DNA of 64,000 nucleotides. Source: Chrysemys picta bellii. Its lineage: Eukaryota. Below the pieces are notes generated by a model. The model saw nothing but the letters and a program-made list of their open reading frames with translations. It had not been told where the DNA came from and made no database searches. Shown one piece after another: positions 50,542-63,110 of this stretch. The stretch spans positions 4,774,001 to 4,838,000 of the forward strand of contig NC_088794.1 of assembly GCF_011386835.1 (NCBI RefSeq). Reading direction: 5' to 3'. Position numbers and translations under genes: made by a program. The stretch's first letter is position 1. Each line of letters opens with the position of its first letter.

Positions 50542-51325
50542 CAGTAACTCCTCACTTAACATTGTAGTTATGTTCCTGAAAAATGCAACTTTAATTCTTA
50601 TGAGGAAATTGAATTCACTTAACACCGTTTTGCTTAATGTAAATGGGGGGGTTAGGTTCCAGGGAATTTTTTTTTTGCCAGACAAAAGGCATTATATACA
50701 TTTAAAAAAATTTAACAAGCAATTTAATACAGGTATAAATTTTTAAAGTAACAGTTTAATACTACAACCATCATTGCTGAGTATGAAGCAATGGGAGGTG
50801 CCCCCGCCGAACCCCACACAGGCACAGCCCAGTGGCACTGCAGACAATGAGGCAGGCAAGGAGGCTGAAGTTGCCGTAGGTAGGAGAAGCAAGTTGCACA
50901 GCAGCAGTGGCAGCTTCCCCTACTGTGCAAGCCCCAGGGGCTTAACCCTCGGCCCACCCACTCCACCCCTTCCCCCAAGACCCCACCCTTAAGCCGCCTC
51001 CTCTCCCCCCACCTCCTCCCCCTTTACTCTGCACGTCGCGTCCTCGCTCCTCCCCTGCCTCCTAAACACCGCAAATCAGCTGATTGCCGTGGGCAGGACG
51101 GGGGAGGAGAAGGCGGAAGGCGCTGATCCATGCAGTCCACCGGTGGGAGGCACTGCGGTGGCATAGGGGAGCTGATAGAGGGGCTGCCAGCTGTGGACAA
51201 AGCAGGCAGCCAAACGACCTTATAGCAAAACATTGCACAACTTTAAACGAGCAGGTTCTGTAATGGAGCGGGAAAGTAAGATCGAAACAACGTTAAGCAA
51301 GAGGACGTTAAGTGGAGAGTTACTG
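50542..51325. mobile_element. Tc1/mariner (Tigger-like) non-autonomous element
   Basis: TIRs CAGTAACTCCTCACTTAAC / GTTAAGTGGAGAGTTACTG. TA on the right flank, CA on the left. Confidence 0.8.
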
Positions 51326-52797
51326 TACATTATCAAAAATATTGTATTAATATTTACAATGAGAGCATGACTATTTCTAGTTGACTCATAGCTTTATTTA
51401 GCATCTTAAAGCTGAGCTCTGAGTGCAGATAATATGCATGCAAGAGGGATAGTTTTGTGAACTGCAGAAATCCGTAGCACGCTGTGGTCTCCTCCTGAGC
51501 TCCTCTGGTCATCATGTGGTCTCCATGAAGCAAAATGAGTGCACCTATCCTTCCTACTTTGGGGAGTAACCTAGCAAGGGAAGGACATAGAATACCATGG
51601 TGATTAGCATGCTATAAATAGATGGATAATCTGGAGTACTCTTACATGTCTTACAGGTTTTACATTCCACCTATTGGGGCCAGGACATTGAGGTGATTCT
51701 GAAACCAGGAATGACTGACAAGATATCAGTTACAATTGCAAACAATTAGTACATTTCACCTGTATGTAACTTTCTGTTCCTTTGATTCGAAATTTCTTGA
51801 AATTTTTTTATGAGATGTGTTTTTCCTGGGAAATTGGATTTTCCATTCAACTATTTTTTCCATGGAAATATCTTTTACTTGGAAATTATGAGTTTCCCAT
51901 CAAAATACCAAACTCCCCATCTCCCTAAACCATGGCTCTGGGACTCTGGTGATGTTCCAGGGAAGTTCAGCAAGAGGAGAGACCATCATGCATCATGGGG
52001 TATGTGGTCCAGCCTGGGAGCCTGGCCCATAGAAGAGATTGGTCCTGTGTGGTATCTGATGCACCCCTTTGGTATTTCTGAGCAAAAAGATTTCGGTCTC
52101 CACAAACAAACCCCCTTTGTGGATCAGCTCTACACAGTACCCGGCTTGCACTGAAAACAGCAAGATGAAATATACCCCTAACCTCATACTCTGTAACTCT
52201 GGTAGAAATTGCATCATTTAATAACACAGTAGGAAAGAGTGGGCCAAATTAATCCCCAGGGCATGAATTAAACCGAAGGTGGCTTTGGTTCACTGAATGC
52301 ATTAATTAGGTGTTATGGCTCTCTGAGCTCAGGTATTCCCAGTTGCTCCAGTAATCATGTCCTACAGATCACACATCTCAGTATAACTTCCCGAATGCTC
52401 CAAACTGGCAGTTTCTGTCAATGGGGAAACACCACCACATCTCTCTCTTCTCAGCAGGTACGTGTTATTATCCTGAATTACAGTCACACACACACATACA
52501 CACCATGATGATCAGCAGGTATTGAATTCAAGACCTCCAGCACTAAAAGCCTCAGCCCCAACTCGTACCCCTGACTGAGATGATTTTCACCCTGATTCTC
52601 TTACAGCAGAGTCACAAGTCACTGTTTGCTGCTCGGATTAGTGAGCAGGAGTCTTCGTATGCGGGGCATGATTAACCTGCATGTCAGTGTATTTACACTG
52701 TGTGTATTTTATCATACAACTGGAATGACCAGCTGTGAACGTCCGCACCATCCACCTGCCCACATCTCTGTAGCTGCCAGATCTCTGTTCAGAGGAG

Positions 52798-53733
52798 ATG
52801 GAAAAGGGAAATCACTCGGAGGTGACTGAGTTCATTCTCTCAGGACTGACAGATCGTCCGGAGCTGCAGGTCCTCCTATTTGGGGTGTTCCTAGTGGTTT
52901 ATGTTATCACCCTGGTGGGAAATGGGGGGATGATCTTGTTAATCACCATTGATCCCCGACTCCACACCCCCATGTACTTTTTCCTCAGTAATTTGTCTTT
53001 CTGTGACCTCTGCTATTCCTCGATAATTTCCCCTAAGATGCTGCAAAATTTCTTAGCCGAGAGGAAAAGCATTTCTTACACTGCCTGCGCTGTGCAACAA
53101 TATCTCTCAATTGTTTTTGGAGATGTTGAGTGCCTGTTGCTGGCTGTGATGGCGTATGACCGTTATGTGGTCATCTGTAACCCGCTGCTCTATACGGTCA
53201 CCATGTCCAGGCAGCTTTGTAACCAACTAGTGGCTGGGGTGTATGCTGTGGGGTTTGTGGATTCAATGATTCAGTGTTTTACATTTCGGCTGTCATTCTG
53301 CAGCTCCAACATCATCAATAATTTCTTCTGTGACATCCCCCCCCTGTTGGCGCTCTCCTGTTCTGACACCCGCAACAAAGAGATTGCGATGTTTGTTTTT
53401 ATGAGCTGCATTCTAGTGAGCAGCCTTGTCACTGTCCTCCTCTCCTATGGTTATATCATCTCCACCATCCTGCAGATCCGCTCTGCCGAGGGGAGGCACA
53501 AAGCCTTCTCCACCTGCACTTTCCACTTGACTGCTGTAGCCCTGTATTTTGGCACCCTCCTCTTCATGTATTTACGTCCCACCTACAGCTATTTCATGGA
53601 CACAGACAAAGTGGCCTCAGTCTTTTACATGCTGGTGATCCCCATGATGAACCCTCTCATCTACAGCCTGAGGAACACGGAGGTGAAGGATGCCCTGAAG
53701 AGAGCCATGAATAAACTCCTAACCAATTCTTGA
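52798..53733 (+). CDS. Olfactory receptor, family-5-like, intact (311 aa), cassette C
   Basis: Canonical motifs. One-codon deletion after TM4 (SMIQCF) and HFFCD changed to NFFCD. Confidence 0.95.
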   Translation: MEKGNHSEVTEFILSGLTDRPELQVLLFGVFLVVYVITLVGNGGMILLITIDPRLHTPMYFFLSNLSFCDLCYSSIISPKMLQNFLAERKSISYTACAVQQYLSIVFGDVECLLLAVMAYDRYVVICNPLLYTVTMSRQLCNQLVAGVYAVGFVDSMIQCFTFRLSFCSSNIINNFFCDIPPLLALSCSDTRNKEIAMFVFMSCILVSSLVTVLLSYGYIISTILQIRSAEGRHKAFSTCTFHLTAVALYFGTLLFMYLRPTYSYFMDTDKVASVFYMLVIPMMNPLIYSLRNTEVKDALKRAMNKLLTNS

Positions 53734-54145
53734 ATCTGTTCATCTCTTTATTCATTTCGTGATGGGGAGTGGAAACAGGTGAATTCAATTCCCAGCCCAT
53801 TGCAATGTAATTTTGCAGAGCCGGTGGGAATATTGTTCATTATTGTATTGTTATTATTTTTAATTTGTTTGTATTCCAACAAGGTCTGCAGGCCCCAAAT
53901 GAGATCAGTGGACAAAATACGGGAAGAATCACAGAAAGAGAGATTGATTCTATAAGCTGGTGGCTAGGGGCACCCACCTGGAGGGTGAGATGCTCCACTT
54001 CACGTCTCTGTTCCAATGGTTATTGAATTAGTTATCCACAGTAGAAGAACTTTGAAAGGAGAGATTGAGAGCAACCCAGACTGGAATTGCACATCACTCA
54101 GGGCCTGGGTTGCTTTCTGGAAATGCAGGAAACCCAAGTGCAGAG

Positions 54146-56041
54146 TGTGATGGGTTCGGTCACAGAGACCCCCATTGGGACTGTCAACTGATGTGCTGAA
54201 ATTACCTCTGATCGCATTTTCCCTGCCAGCCTGGACCTCCAGAACCCTGCCTTGTTGAGCCAGACATGCTAGCCTGCTGCAGCACAGACCCAGGGTCTCG
54301 GCCACGACCCCAGAGCTGCAGATCTAGACTGAAACCAGCTCAGCAGGATACATGTCCCCAGCACGCAGACACCCAGCTTCCAGTGGGGTCCAAACCTCAA
54401 ATAAATCCATTTTACACAGCAGCCTATCTGGGTTCCCTCTGGGCCAGACACTCCTGCGTCCCCAAAAGGGAAGGTGACCCTGGTCCAGTTGTGGGCTCCC
54501 AGCTACCAGCTTTGACAGCCCTTCACTGGCCAGCAAAATCCCCTTCTTTCCCCCAGGTTAAGCATGCTTCCAGCTACAGACCCTGGGGTCTGTTCCCACC
54601 ACAGTGGTTACCAGGACCCCAACTTCCACCATGTTTCTGTGCACCCCAGGGCAGGGCCTGTCCCCTGTCGACCTGCATCTTCCTGGAAGTCAACCCTGGG
54701 ATAGATTCTGCCACATCAAAGAAATCATTCCCCTGTCGAAACGGTGCAGAATTGTGTGCCACTGTTGCAACAGTCAGCTCAGCTTGCAAATCACCACTTT
54801 CCAGGTGTACCTTAGCTAACGGTGCAAGGACTTTGTAACCTCCCACCAGTTCTAATTCTGCCATTTTCCCTGCAACAAATCGTTCTCCTGGATCAGGTCC
54901 CTCCTGACCACAGAAATGTCTGCACCCGTGTCCCTCAAGCCTAGGTGTACTTTCACCTTAAGTTTAACTGCATGCATATGCTCACGGCTTCGTTGTGTAG
55001 AAGCAAACTTTACAAATCCTGTGTGGAAAGAGGCAGCAGCCTGGCCCTCAGACGCAGCAGTTTCATGTGTTACCTGCTGCCTGTTCCCACTCAGCAAGGG
55101 ACATTTATTCCTCTGCGCTCAGTGGACTTACAATGAAAGCACCTCTTGGGCTCCTCTGCTTGTATAGGGATAAAACAGTGATTCTGCTTTCCACCAACCC
55201 TGCACCCCTCTACCCCCAGCCCTGTACCCCTCTACCCCCAGCCCTGCATCCCTCTGCCCCCAGCCCTGCACCCCTCTACCCCCAGCCCTGCACCCCTTTA
55301 CCCTCAACCCTGTACCCCTCTACCCCCAGCCCTGCACCCCTCTACCCCCAGCCCTGCACCCCTTTACCCTCAACCCTGTACCCCTCTACCCCCAACCCTG
55401 TACTCCTCTACCCCCAGCCCTGTACCCCTCTACCCCCCAGCCCTGCACCCCTCTGCCCCCAACCCTGTACCCCTCTACCCCCAGCCCTGCACCCCTCTGC
55501 CAGCAGTTTACGTTTAATTGCCACTTGCGATGGCTCAACAGAGTCTCCAAACTCAGCCAATCCACACACTGCATCCACGTTTTTGTCCCACTAATACTGT
55601 TTTACATCATCACTGCACATATTCAGGAATTGTTCCTGAGTAAGCAAATCACACATTTCTTCCAAGCTTGTAATGCCTTTTCCCCTCACGCACTTATCTA
55701 ACAAATCTCTCATTTCATTTATATAAGCCACATTACTCAATCCAGATCCCCTTTTAAGATTCCTGAATTTAACCCTGTAGGTTTCTGGTATAATCTGAAA
55801 CTGTTTCAAAACCAGTTCTTTAAATTTACCATAGTTTCAAGCATCATTAATAGGCATCTTATTGAATATGTCCAGAGCTCTTCCAGTCCATTTTGCTACC
55901 AATGTGGCCATTCTTTGATTGTCAGGAATTGTACGGAGGGGGCACAGTCTCTCAAAGGTGATGAAATATTTGGCAATGTCACTCATCAGACAGCGGACAT
56001 AGTCATTCCCATTTGTGGAGTTTTGGGGAAGTGGGGCCAGC
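54146..56041 (-). mobile_element. Duplicated Gypsy remnant: LTR end (54146-~54415) joined to a gag/protease fragment
   Basis: Protease motif LRDTGADISVV (ORF 54852-55097) and SCAN-like gag (ORF 55591-55809). Truncated at the duplication junction. Confidence 0.88.
55198..55503 (+). repeat. 22-bp C-rich minisatellite, 14 units
   Basis: Unit CCCTG(C/T)ACCCCTCTACCCCCAG. Confidence 0.95.
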
Positions 56042-58065
56042 TGCTGAGTATGAAGCAATGGGGGGGCCCCCGCCGAACCCCACACAGGCACAGCCCAGTG
56101 GCACTGCAGACAATGAGGCAGGCAAGGAGGCTGAAGTTGCCATACGTAGGAGAAGCAAGTTGCACAGCAGCAGTGGCAGCTTCCCCTACTGTGCAAGCCC
56201 CAGGGGCTTAACCCTCGGCCCACCCACTCCACCCCTTCCCCCAAGACCCCACCCTTAAGCCGCCTCCTCTCCCCCCACCTCCTTCCCCTTTACTCCGCAC
56301 GTCGCATCCTCGCTCCTCCCCTGCCTCCTAAACGCCGCAAATCAGCTGATTGCCGTGGGCAGGAGGGGGGAGGAGAAGGGGTAAGGTGCTGATCCATGCT
56401 GTGCACCGGTGGGAGGCACTGCGGTGGCATAGGGGAGCTGATAGAGGGGCTGCCAGCTGTGGACAAAGCAGGCAGCCAAACGACCTTATAGCAAAGCATT
56501 GCACAACTTTAAACGAGCAGGTTCTGTAATGGAGCGGGAAAGTAAGATCGAAACAACGTTAAGCGAGAGGACGTTAAGTGGAGAGTTACTGTACATTATC
56601 AAAAATATTGTATTAATATTTACAATGAGAGCATGACTATTTCTAGTTGACTCATAGCTTTATTTAGCATCTTAAAGCTGAGCTCTGAGTGCAGATAATA
56701 TGCATGCAAGAGGGATAGTTTTGTGAACTGCAGAAATCCGTAGCACGCTGTGGTCTCCTCCTGAGCTCCTCTGGTCATCATGTGGTCTCCATGAAGCAAA
56801 ATGAGTGCACCTATCCTTCCTACTTTGGGGAGTAACCTAGCAAGGGAAGGACATAGAATACCATGGTGATTAGCATGGTATAAATAGATGGATAATCTGG
56901 AGTACTCTTACATGTCTTACAGGTTTTACAGTCCACCTATTGGGGCCAGGACACTGAGGTGATTCTGAAACCAGGAATGACTGACAAGATATCAGTTACA
57001 GCTACAAACAATTAGTACATTTCACCTGTATCTAACTTTCTGTTCCTTTGATTCGAAATTTGTTGAAATTTTTTTATGAGATGTGTTTTTCCTGGGAAAT
57101 TGGATTTTCCATTCAACTATTTTCTCCATGAAATTATTTTTTACTTGGAAATTATAAGTTTCCCATCAAAATACTAAACTCCCCATCTCCCTAAACCATG
57201 GCTCTGGGACTCTGGTGATGTTCCAGGGAAGTTCAGCAAGAGGAGAGACCATCATGCATCATGGGGTATGTGGTCTAGCCTGGGAGCCTGGCCCATAGCG
57301 GAGATTGGTGCTGTGTGGTATCTGATACACCTCTTTGGTATTTCTGAGCAAAAAGATTTCGGTCTTCACAAACAAACCCCCTTTGTGGATCAGCTCTACA
57401 CAATACCCGGCTTGCACTGAAAACAGAAGGATGAAATATACCCCTAACCTCATACTCTGTAACTCTGGTAGGAATTGCATCATTTAATAACACAGTAGGA
57501 AAGAGTGGGCCAAATTAATCCCCAGGGTATGAATTACACCGAAGGTGGCTTTGGTTCACTGAATGCATTAATTAGGTGTTATGGCTCTGTTAGCTCAGGT
57601 ATTCCCAGTTGCTCCAGGAATCATGTCCTACAGATCACACATCTCAGTATAAAACTTCCCGAATGCTCCAAACTGGCAGTTTCTGTCAATGGGGAAACAC
57701 CACCACATCTCTCTCTTCTCAGCAGGTACGTGTTATTATCCTGAATTACAGTCACACACACAAATACACACCATGATGATCAGCAGGTATTGAATTCAAG
57801 ACCTCCAGCACTAAAAGCCTCAGCCCCAACTCCTACCCCTGACTGAGATGATTTTCACCCTGATTCTCTTACAGCAGAGTCACAAGTCACTGTTTGCTGC
57901 TCGGATTAGTGAACAGGAGTCTTCGTATGCGGGGCATGATTAACCTGCGTGTCAGTGTATTTACACTGTGTGTATTTTATCAAACAACTGGAATGACCAG
58001 CTGTGAACGTCCGCACCATCCACCTGCCCACATCTCTGTAGCTGCCTGATCTCTGTTCAGAGGAG

Positions 58066-59004
58066 ATGGAAAAGGGAAATCACTCGGAGGTGACTGAGTT
58101 CATTCTCTCAGGACTGACAGATCGTCCGGAGCTGCAGGTCCTCCTGTTTGGGGTGTTCCTAGTGGTTTATGGTATCACCCTGGTGGGAAATGGGGGGATG
58201 ATCTTCTTAATCACCATTGATCGTCGACTGCACATCCCCATGTACTTTTTCCTCAGTAATTTGTCTTTCTGTGACCTCTGCTATTCCTCGATAATTTCCC
58301 CTAAGTTGCTGCAAAATTTCTTAGCCCACAAGAAAAGCATTTCTTACACTGCCTGTGCTGTGCAAGTATATCTCTCAATTGTTTTTGCAGATGTTGAGTG
58401 CCTGTTGCTGGCTGTGATGGCGTATGACCGTTATGTGGCCATCTGTAACCCGCTGCTCTATACGGTCACCATGTCCAGGCAGCTTTGTAACCAGCTAGTG
58501 GCTGGGGTGTACGCTGTGGGGTTGGTGGATTCAATGATATACGCGTGTTTTACATTTCGGCTGTCATTCTGCAGCTCCAACATCATCAATCATTTCTTCT
58601 GCGACATCCCCCCACTGCTGGCGCTCTCCTGTTCTGACACCCAGATCAATGAGATTGTGATGTTTACTTTATCGTGCTGCATTATAGTGAGCAGCCTTGT
58701 GACTGTCCTCCTCTCCTATGTCTATATCATCTCCACCATCCTGCAGATCCGCTCCGCCGAGGGCCGGCGCAAAGCCTTCTCCACGTGCACTTTCCACTTG
58801 ACTGCTGTGGCCCTGTATTTTGGCACCCTCCTCTTCGTGTATTTACGTCCCACCTACAGCTATTTCATGGACACAGACAAAGTGGCCTCAGTGTTTTACA
58901 CGCTGGTGATCCCCATGTTGAACCCCCTCATCTACAGCCTGAGGAACACGGAGGTAAAGGATGCCCTGAGGAAAGCAATGAATAAACTCCTAACCAATTC
59001 TTGA
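58066..59004 (+). CDS. Olfactory receptor, family-5-like, intact (312 aa), cassette D
   Basis: All canonical OR motifs, full-length. Confidence 0.97.
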   Translation: MEKGNHSEVTEFILSGLTDRPELQVLLFGVFLVVYGITLVGNGGMIFLITIDRRLHIPMYFFLSNLSFCDLCYSSIISPKLLQNFLAHKKSISYTACAVQVYLSIVFADVECLLLAVMAYDRYVAICNPLLYTVTMSRQLCNQLVAGVYAVGLVDSMIYACFTFRLSFCSSNIINHFFCDIPPLLALSCSDTQINEIVMFTLSCCIIVSSLVTVLLSYVYIISTILQIRSAEGRRKAFSTCTFHLTAVALYFGTLLFVYLRPTYSYFMDTDKVASVFYTLVIPMLNPLIYSLRNTEVKDALRKAMNKLLTNS

Positions 59005-59422
59005 ATCTGTCTAACTATTTTCTTGTTTAGTGATGGGGAGTGGAAACAGGTGAATTCAATTCCCAGCCCATTTCAATGTAATTTTGCAGAGCCCATGGCA
59101 GTATTGTTCATTATTATATTGTTTTTATTTTTAATTTGTTTGTATTCCAACAAGGTCTGCAGGCCCCAAATGAGATCAGTGGACAAAATACGGGAAGAAT
59201 CACAGGTCCAGAGTGAGAGATTGATTCTATAAGCTGGTGGCTAGGGGCACCCACCTGGAGGGTGAGATGCTCAACTTCACGTCTCTGTTCCAGTGGTTAT
59301 TTAATTAGTTATCCACAGTAGAAGAACTTTGAAAGGAGAGATTGAGAGCAAGCCAGACTGGAAGAGCACATCATTCAGGGGCTGGGATGCTTTTTGGAAA
59401 TGCAGGAAACCCAAGTGCAGAG

Positions 59423-62400
59423 TGTGATGGGTTCAAACTGATGTGCTGAAATTACCTCTGATCCCATTTTCCCTGCCAGCCTGGGCCTCCAGAACCCTGC
59501 CTTGTTGAGCCAGACATGCTAGCCTGCTGCAGCACAGACCCAGGGTCTCAGCCATGACCCCAGAGCTGCAGATCTAGATTGAAACCAGCTCAGCAGGATA
59601 CCTGTCTCCAGCACGCAGACACCCAGCTCCCAATGGGATCTAAACCTCAAATAAATCCATTTTACACAGCAGCCTATCTGGGTTCCCCTCTGGGTCAGAC
59701 ACTTCTGCATCCACCAAAAGGGAAGGTGACCCTGGTCCGGTTGTGGGCTCCCAGCTACCAGCTTTGACAGCCCTTCACTGGCCAGCAAAATCCCCTTCTT
59801 TCCCCCAGGTTAGGCTTGGTTCCAGCTACAGAGTCCCTGGGGTCTGTTCCCACCACAGTGGTTACCAGGACCCCAACTTCCACCATGTTTCTGTGCACCC
59901 CAGGGCAGGGCCTGTCCCCTGTCGACCTGCATCTTCCTGGAAGTCAACCTTGGGACAGATTCTGCCACATCAAAGAAATCATTCCCCTGTTGAAACGGTG
60001 CATAATTGTGTGCCACTGTTGCAACAGTCAGCTCAGCTTGCAAATCACCACTTTCCAGGTGTACCTTAGCTAACGGTGCAACGACTTTGTAACCTCCCAC
60101 CAGTTCTAATTCTGCCATTTTCCCTGCAACAAATCGTTCTCCTGGATCAGGTCCCTCCTGACCACAGAAATGTCTGCACCCGTGTCCCTCAAGCCTAGGA
60201 GTACTTTCGCCTTAAGTTTAACTGCATGCATATGCTCACGGCTTCGTTGTGTAGAAGCAAACTTTACAAATCCTGTGTGGAAAGAGGCAGTAGCCTGGCC
60301 CTCAGACGCAGCAGTTTCATGTGTTACCTGCTGCCTGTTCCCACTCAGCAAGGGACATTTATTCCTCTGCGCTCAGTGGACTTACAATGAAAGCACCTCT
60401 TGGGCTCCTCTGCTTGTATAGGGATAAAACAGTGATTCTGCTTTCCACCAACCCTGCACCCCTCTACCCCCAACCCTGTACTCCTCTACCCCCAGCCCTG
60501 TACCCCTCTACCCCCCAGCCCTGCACCCCTCTGCCAGCAGTTTACGTTTAATTGCCACTTGCGATGGCTTAAAAGAGTCTCCAAACTCAGCCAATCCACA
60601 CACTGCATCCACGTTTTTGTCCCACTAATACTCTTTTACATCATCACTGCACATATTCAGGAATTGTTCCTGAGTAAGCAAATCACACATTTCTTCCAAG
60701 CTTGTCATGCCTTTTCCCCTCACGCACTTATCTAACAAATCTCTCATTTCATTTATATAAGCCACATTACTCAATCCAGATCCCCTTTTAAGATTCCTGA
60801 ATTTAACCCTGTAGGTTTCTGGTATAATCTGAAACTGTTTCAAAACCAGTTCCTTAAATTTACCATAGTTTCAAGCATCATGAATAGGCATCTTATTGAA
60901 TATGTCCAGAGCTCTGCCAGTCCATTTTGCTACCAATGTGGTCATTCTTTGATTGTCAGGAATTGTACGGAGGGGGCACATTCTCTCAAAGGTGATGAAA
61001 TATTTGGCAATGTCACTCATCAGACAGCGGACATAGTCATTCCCATTTGTGGAGTTTTGGGGAAGTGGGGCCACGTGCTGGAGGGTTTTGTCTCTTCCCC
61101 TCCATAACAGCCAGTTCATGTTTCTGGGCCTCAATCTGGGCCTGTATTTCTCTGTCTCTTAACTCCAGGGCCAATTTGTCCCTGGCTGCCTCTGCTTCCA
61201 TAGCCCTTTTGTGCGCAGTTCTCTCTGCTTCTTTGAACTTCAATTGAAACTCCCGGTCCTTTGCCTTCTCCTCTGCTTCCAGTCTGGCCAGCTCTCGTTT
61301 AGCAGGTGCCTCCACTCAGCTCAGGGGCTTCTTAGTTAACAAAGATTTTCCTAGCGCCCAGTGTTCAGCCTTTCTGGGCAGTCTGCAACTTGCGCAGTTC
61401 CAGCTTCTTCTGATCTTCACTCTTACTTATTCTGCTTAGTTTTCTGTCCCTATTTCCCTTACTCAAAATAAGGAAACAGAAAATAACAAACAAGTCACCA
61501 CTTTGTCTGTTCTCCACCCACCAGACCCAAAACTCACTTAAAATCACTACCAGTGTTTCAAAGCAATCAGCTGTGCACAGGATCCTGCTCAACTTTGCCA
61601 CTGTCACGGGTTGGGTCACAGAAACCAGTTTGGGACTGCACCCGATGTGCCGAGACTACCTCTGAGACTGTTTTCCCTGCCAGCTTTCCCTTGCCTGCTG
61701 CAAACACCGATCCAAGTCTTAACCACGTCCCCCACAAGCTGCAGGCTTCAGTGAAAACATTTTGTGAAGTCCTCCTGTCTCTAGTACTCAGATACCCAGC
61801 TCCCAGTGGGGTCCAAACCTCAAATAAATCCATTTTACCCTGTATAAAGCTTATACAAGGTAAACTCTTGAATTGTTCATCCTCTATAACACTGATACAG
61901 AGATATGCACAGCGGTTTGCTCTCCCCCCCCCCAAGGTATTAAAACATACTCTGGGTTAATAAATAAGTAAAAAGTGATTTCATTAAATACAAAAAGTAG
62001 GATTTAAGTGGTTCCAAGTAATAACAGACAGAATAAAGTAAATTACCAAACACAATAAAACAAAACAGACTAATACAGTAAAAACTAAATGCAGGTAAAT
62101 CTCACCCTCACAGATCTTCCAATAAGCCTCTTTTACAGACTAGACTTAATCCTAGTCTAGGTCCAGCAATCACTCACACCCCTGTAGTTACTGTCCTCTG
62201 TTTCAGTTTCTTTCAGACATCTCCTTGGGGTGGAGAGGCTATCTTTTGTGCCAGCTGAGGATAAAACGGAGGGGTTTCCCCAGGAACTTATATAGTTTTT
62301 CTCCTGTGGGTGGAAACCCCTTCCCCTCTCCCATACAGAATCTAGCTCCAAGATGGAGGTTTGGAATCACATGGGCAAGTCACATGTCCATGCATGACGC

Positions 62401-62753
62401 AGTTCCTTACAGGCCGATGCCACTTTCCCTGGAAAGCTCAGATGTGGATTGGCGTCTCTCAAAGTTCATTGTTAGCTTAAGTGTTTCTTCATCGGGCACT
62501 TACTGAGAATAGTCTTTTCTCAAGAAGCTGACCAACTGCTTCACTGTTTAAAATCAAACAAGTACATAGCCAGTATTCATAACTTTGAATACAAAAATGA
62601 GATATGCATGAAAATAGGATGAATATGTCCAGCAGATCACAACCTTTGCAGAGATATGTTACATGGCCTATCTAGCATAGAACATATTTCAGTTATATCA
62701 TATTTACACCCATAAGCATATTACTAGAAAGCATTATGGGGTGCAACATCACA
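59423..62753 (-). mobile_element. Defective Gypsy (Gmr1-like, SCAN-type gag) LTR retrotransposon
   Basis: 5' LTR 61602-62753 (TGTGATG...GTGACA on minus). PBS TGGCAAAGTTGAGCAGGAT (61582-61600) resembles a tRNA-Ser PBS. Frameshifted gag (coiled coil 61037-61315; YFITFER...TGRALDIF; SCAN-like PETYRVKFR...LTQEQFL), protease DTG, no RT/IN, and a partial LTR at 59423-~59665. Confidence 0.88.
60452..60537 (+). repeat. 22-bp minisatellite, 4 units (paralog of 55198-55503)
   Basis: Direct reading. Confidence 0.95.
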
Positions 62754-63110
62754 CTCTGTTTCACAGACTATAAGTTATAGGAAATAAATAATATTAACAA
62801 AAGCATAATCGAGAGGGAGCTGGCGTGCTCGGAGATATTTTGTAGCAGCATCTGCAGAGATGCTGCAGAGATCTTCAGTGTTAACCACTAGTTTGGGGAA
62901 TACCCTCCTTTTTGCAGCCTGCCCTGCCCGTGGCATTTTCAGTGAGGGCTGCCCCAGGCACCTCCGGGTCACAGGAGGGAGAGAAGCCAGGAGGAGGATT
63001 TATGAGCATGACTCCTAGAGGAAATAGGGGCATAGTGTTTCCTGGGCACAGACCTGGAGTGACAGACATGGGAATTTCTGAATAAGGGGATTCTGAAATT
63101 AGGAATAGGT

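Larger units (their letters stand above)
50775..56041 (+). repeat. Tandem OR cassette C (5267 bp)
   Basis: Near-identical outside the CDS to 56042-61075. Confidence 0.92.
56042..61075 (+). repeat. Tandem OR cassette D (5034 bp)
   Basis: Begins with the right part of the Tigger-like MITE (56042-56591) and ends inside Gypsy gag. Confidence 0.92.

Noticed and set aside
55198-55503. Regular short repeats as a CRISPR-like array
   Set aside because: They are head-to-tail units with no spacers, in a vertebrate context.
55067-55594. 175-aa proline-rich ORF
   Set aside because: It is the translation of the 22-bp minisatellite, antisense to Gypsy gag.
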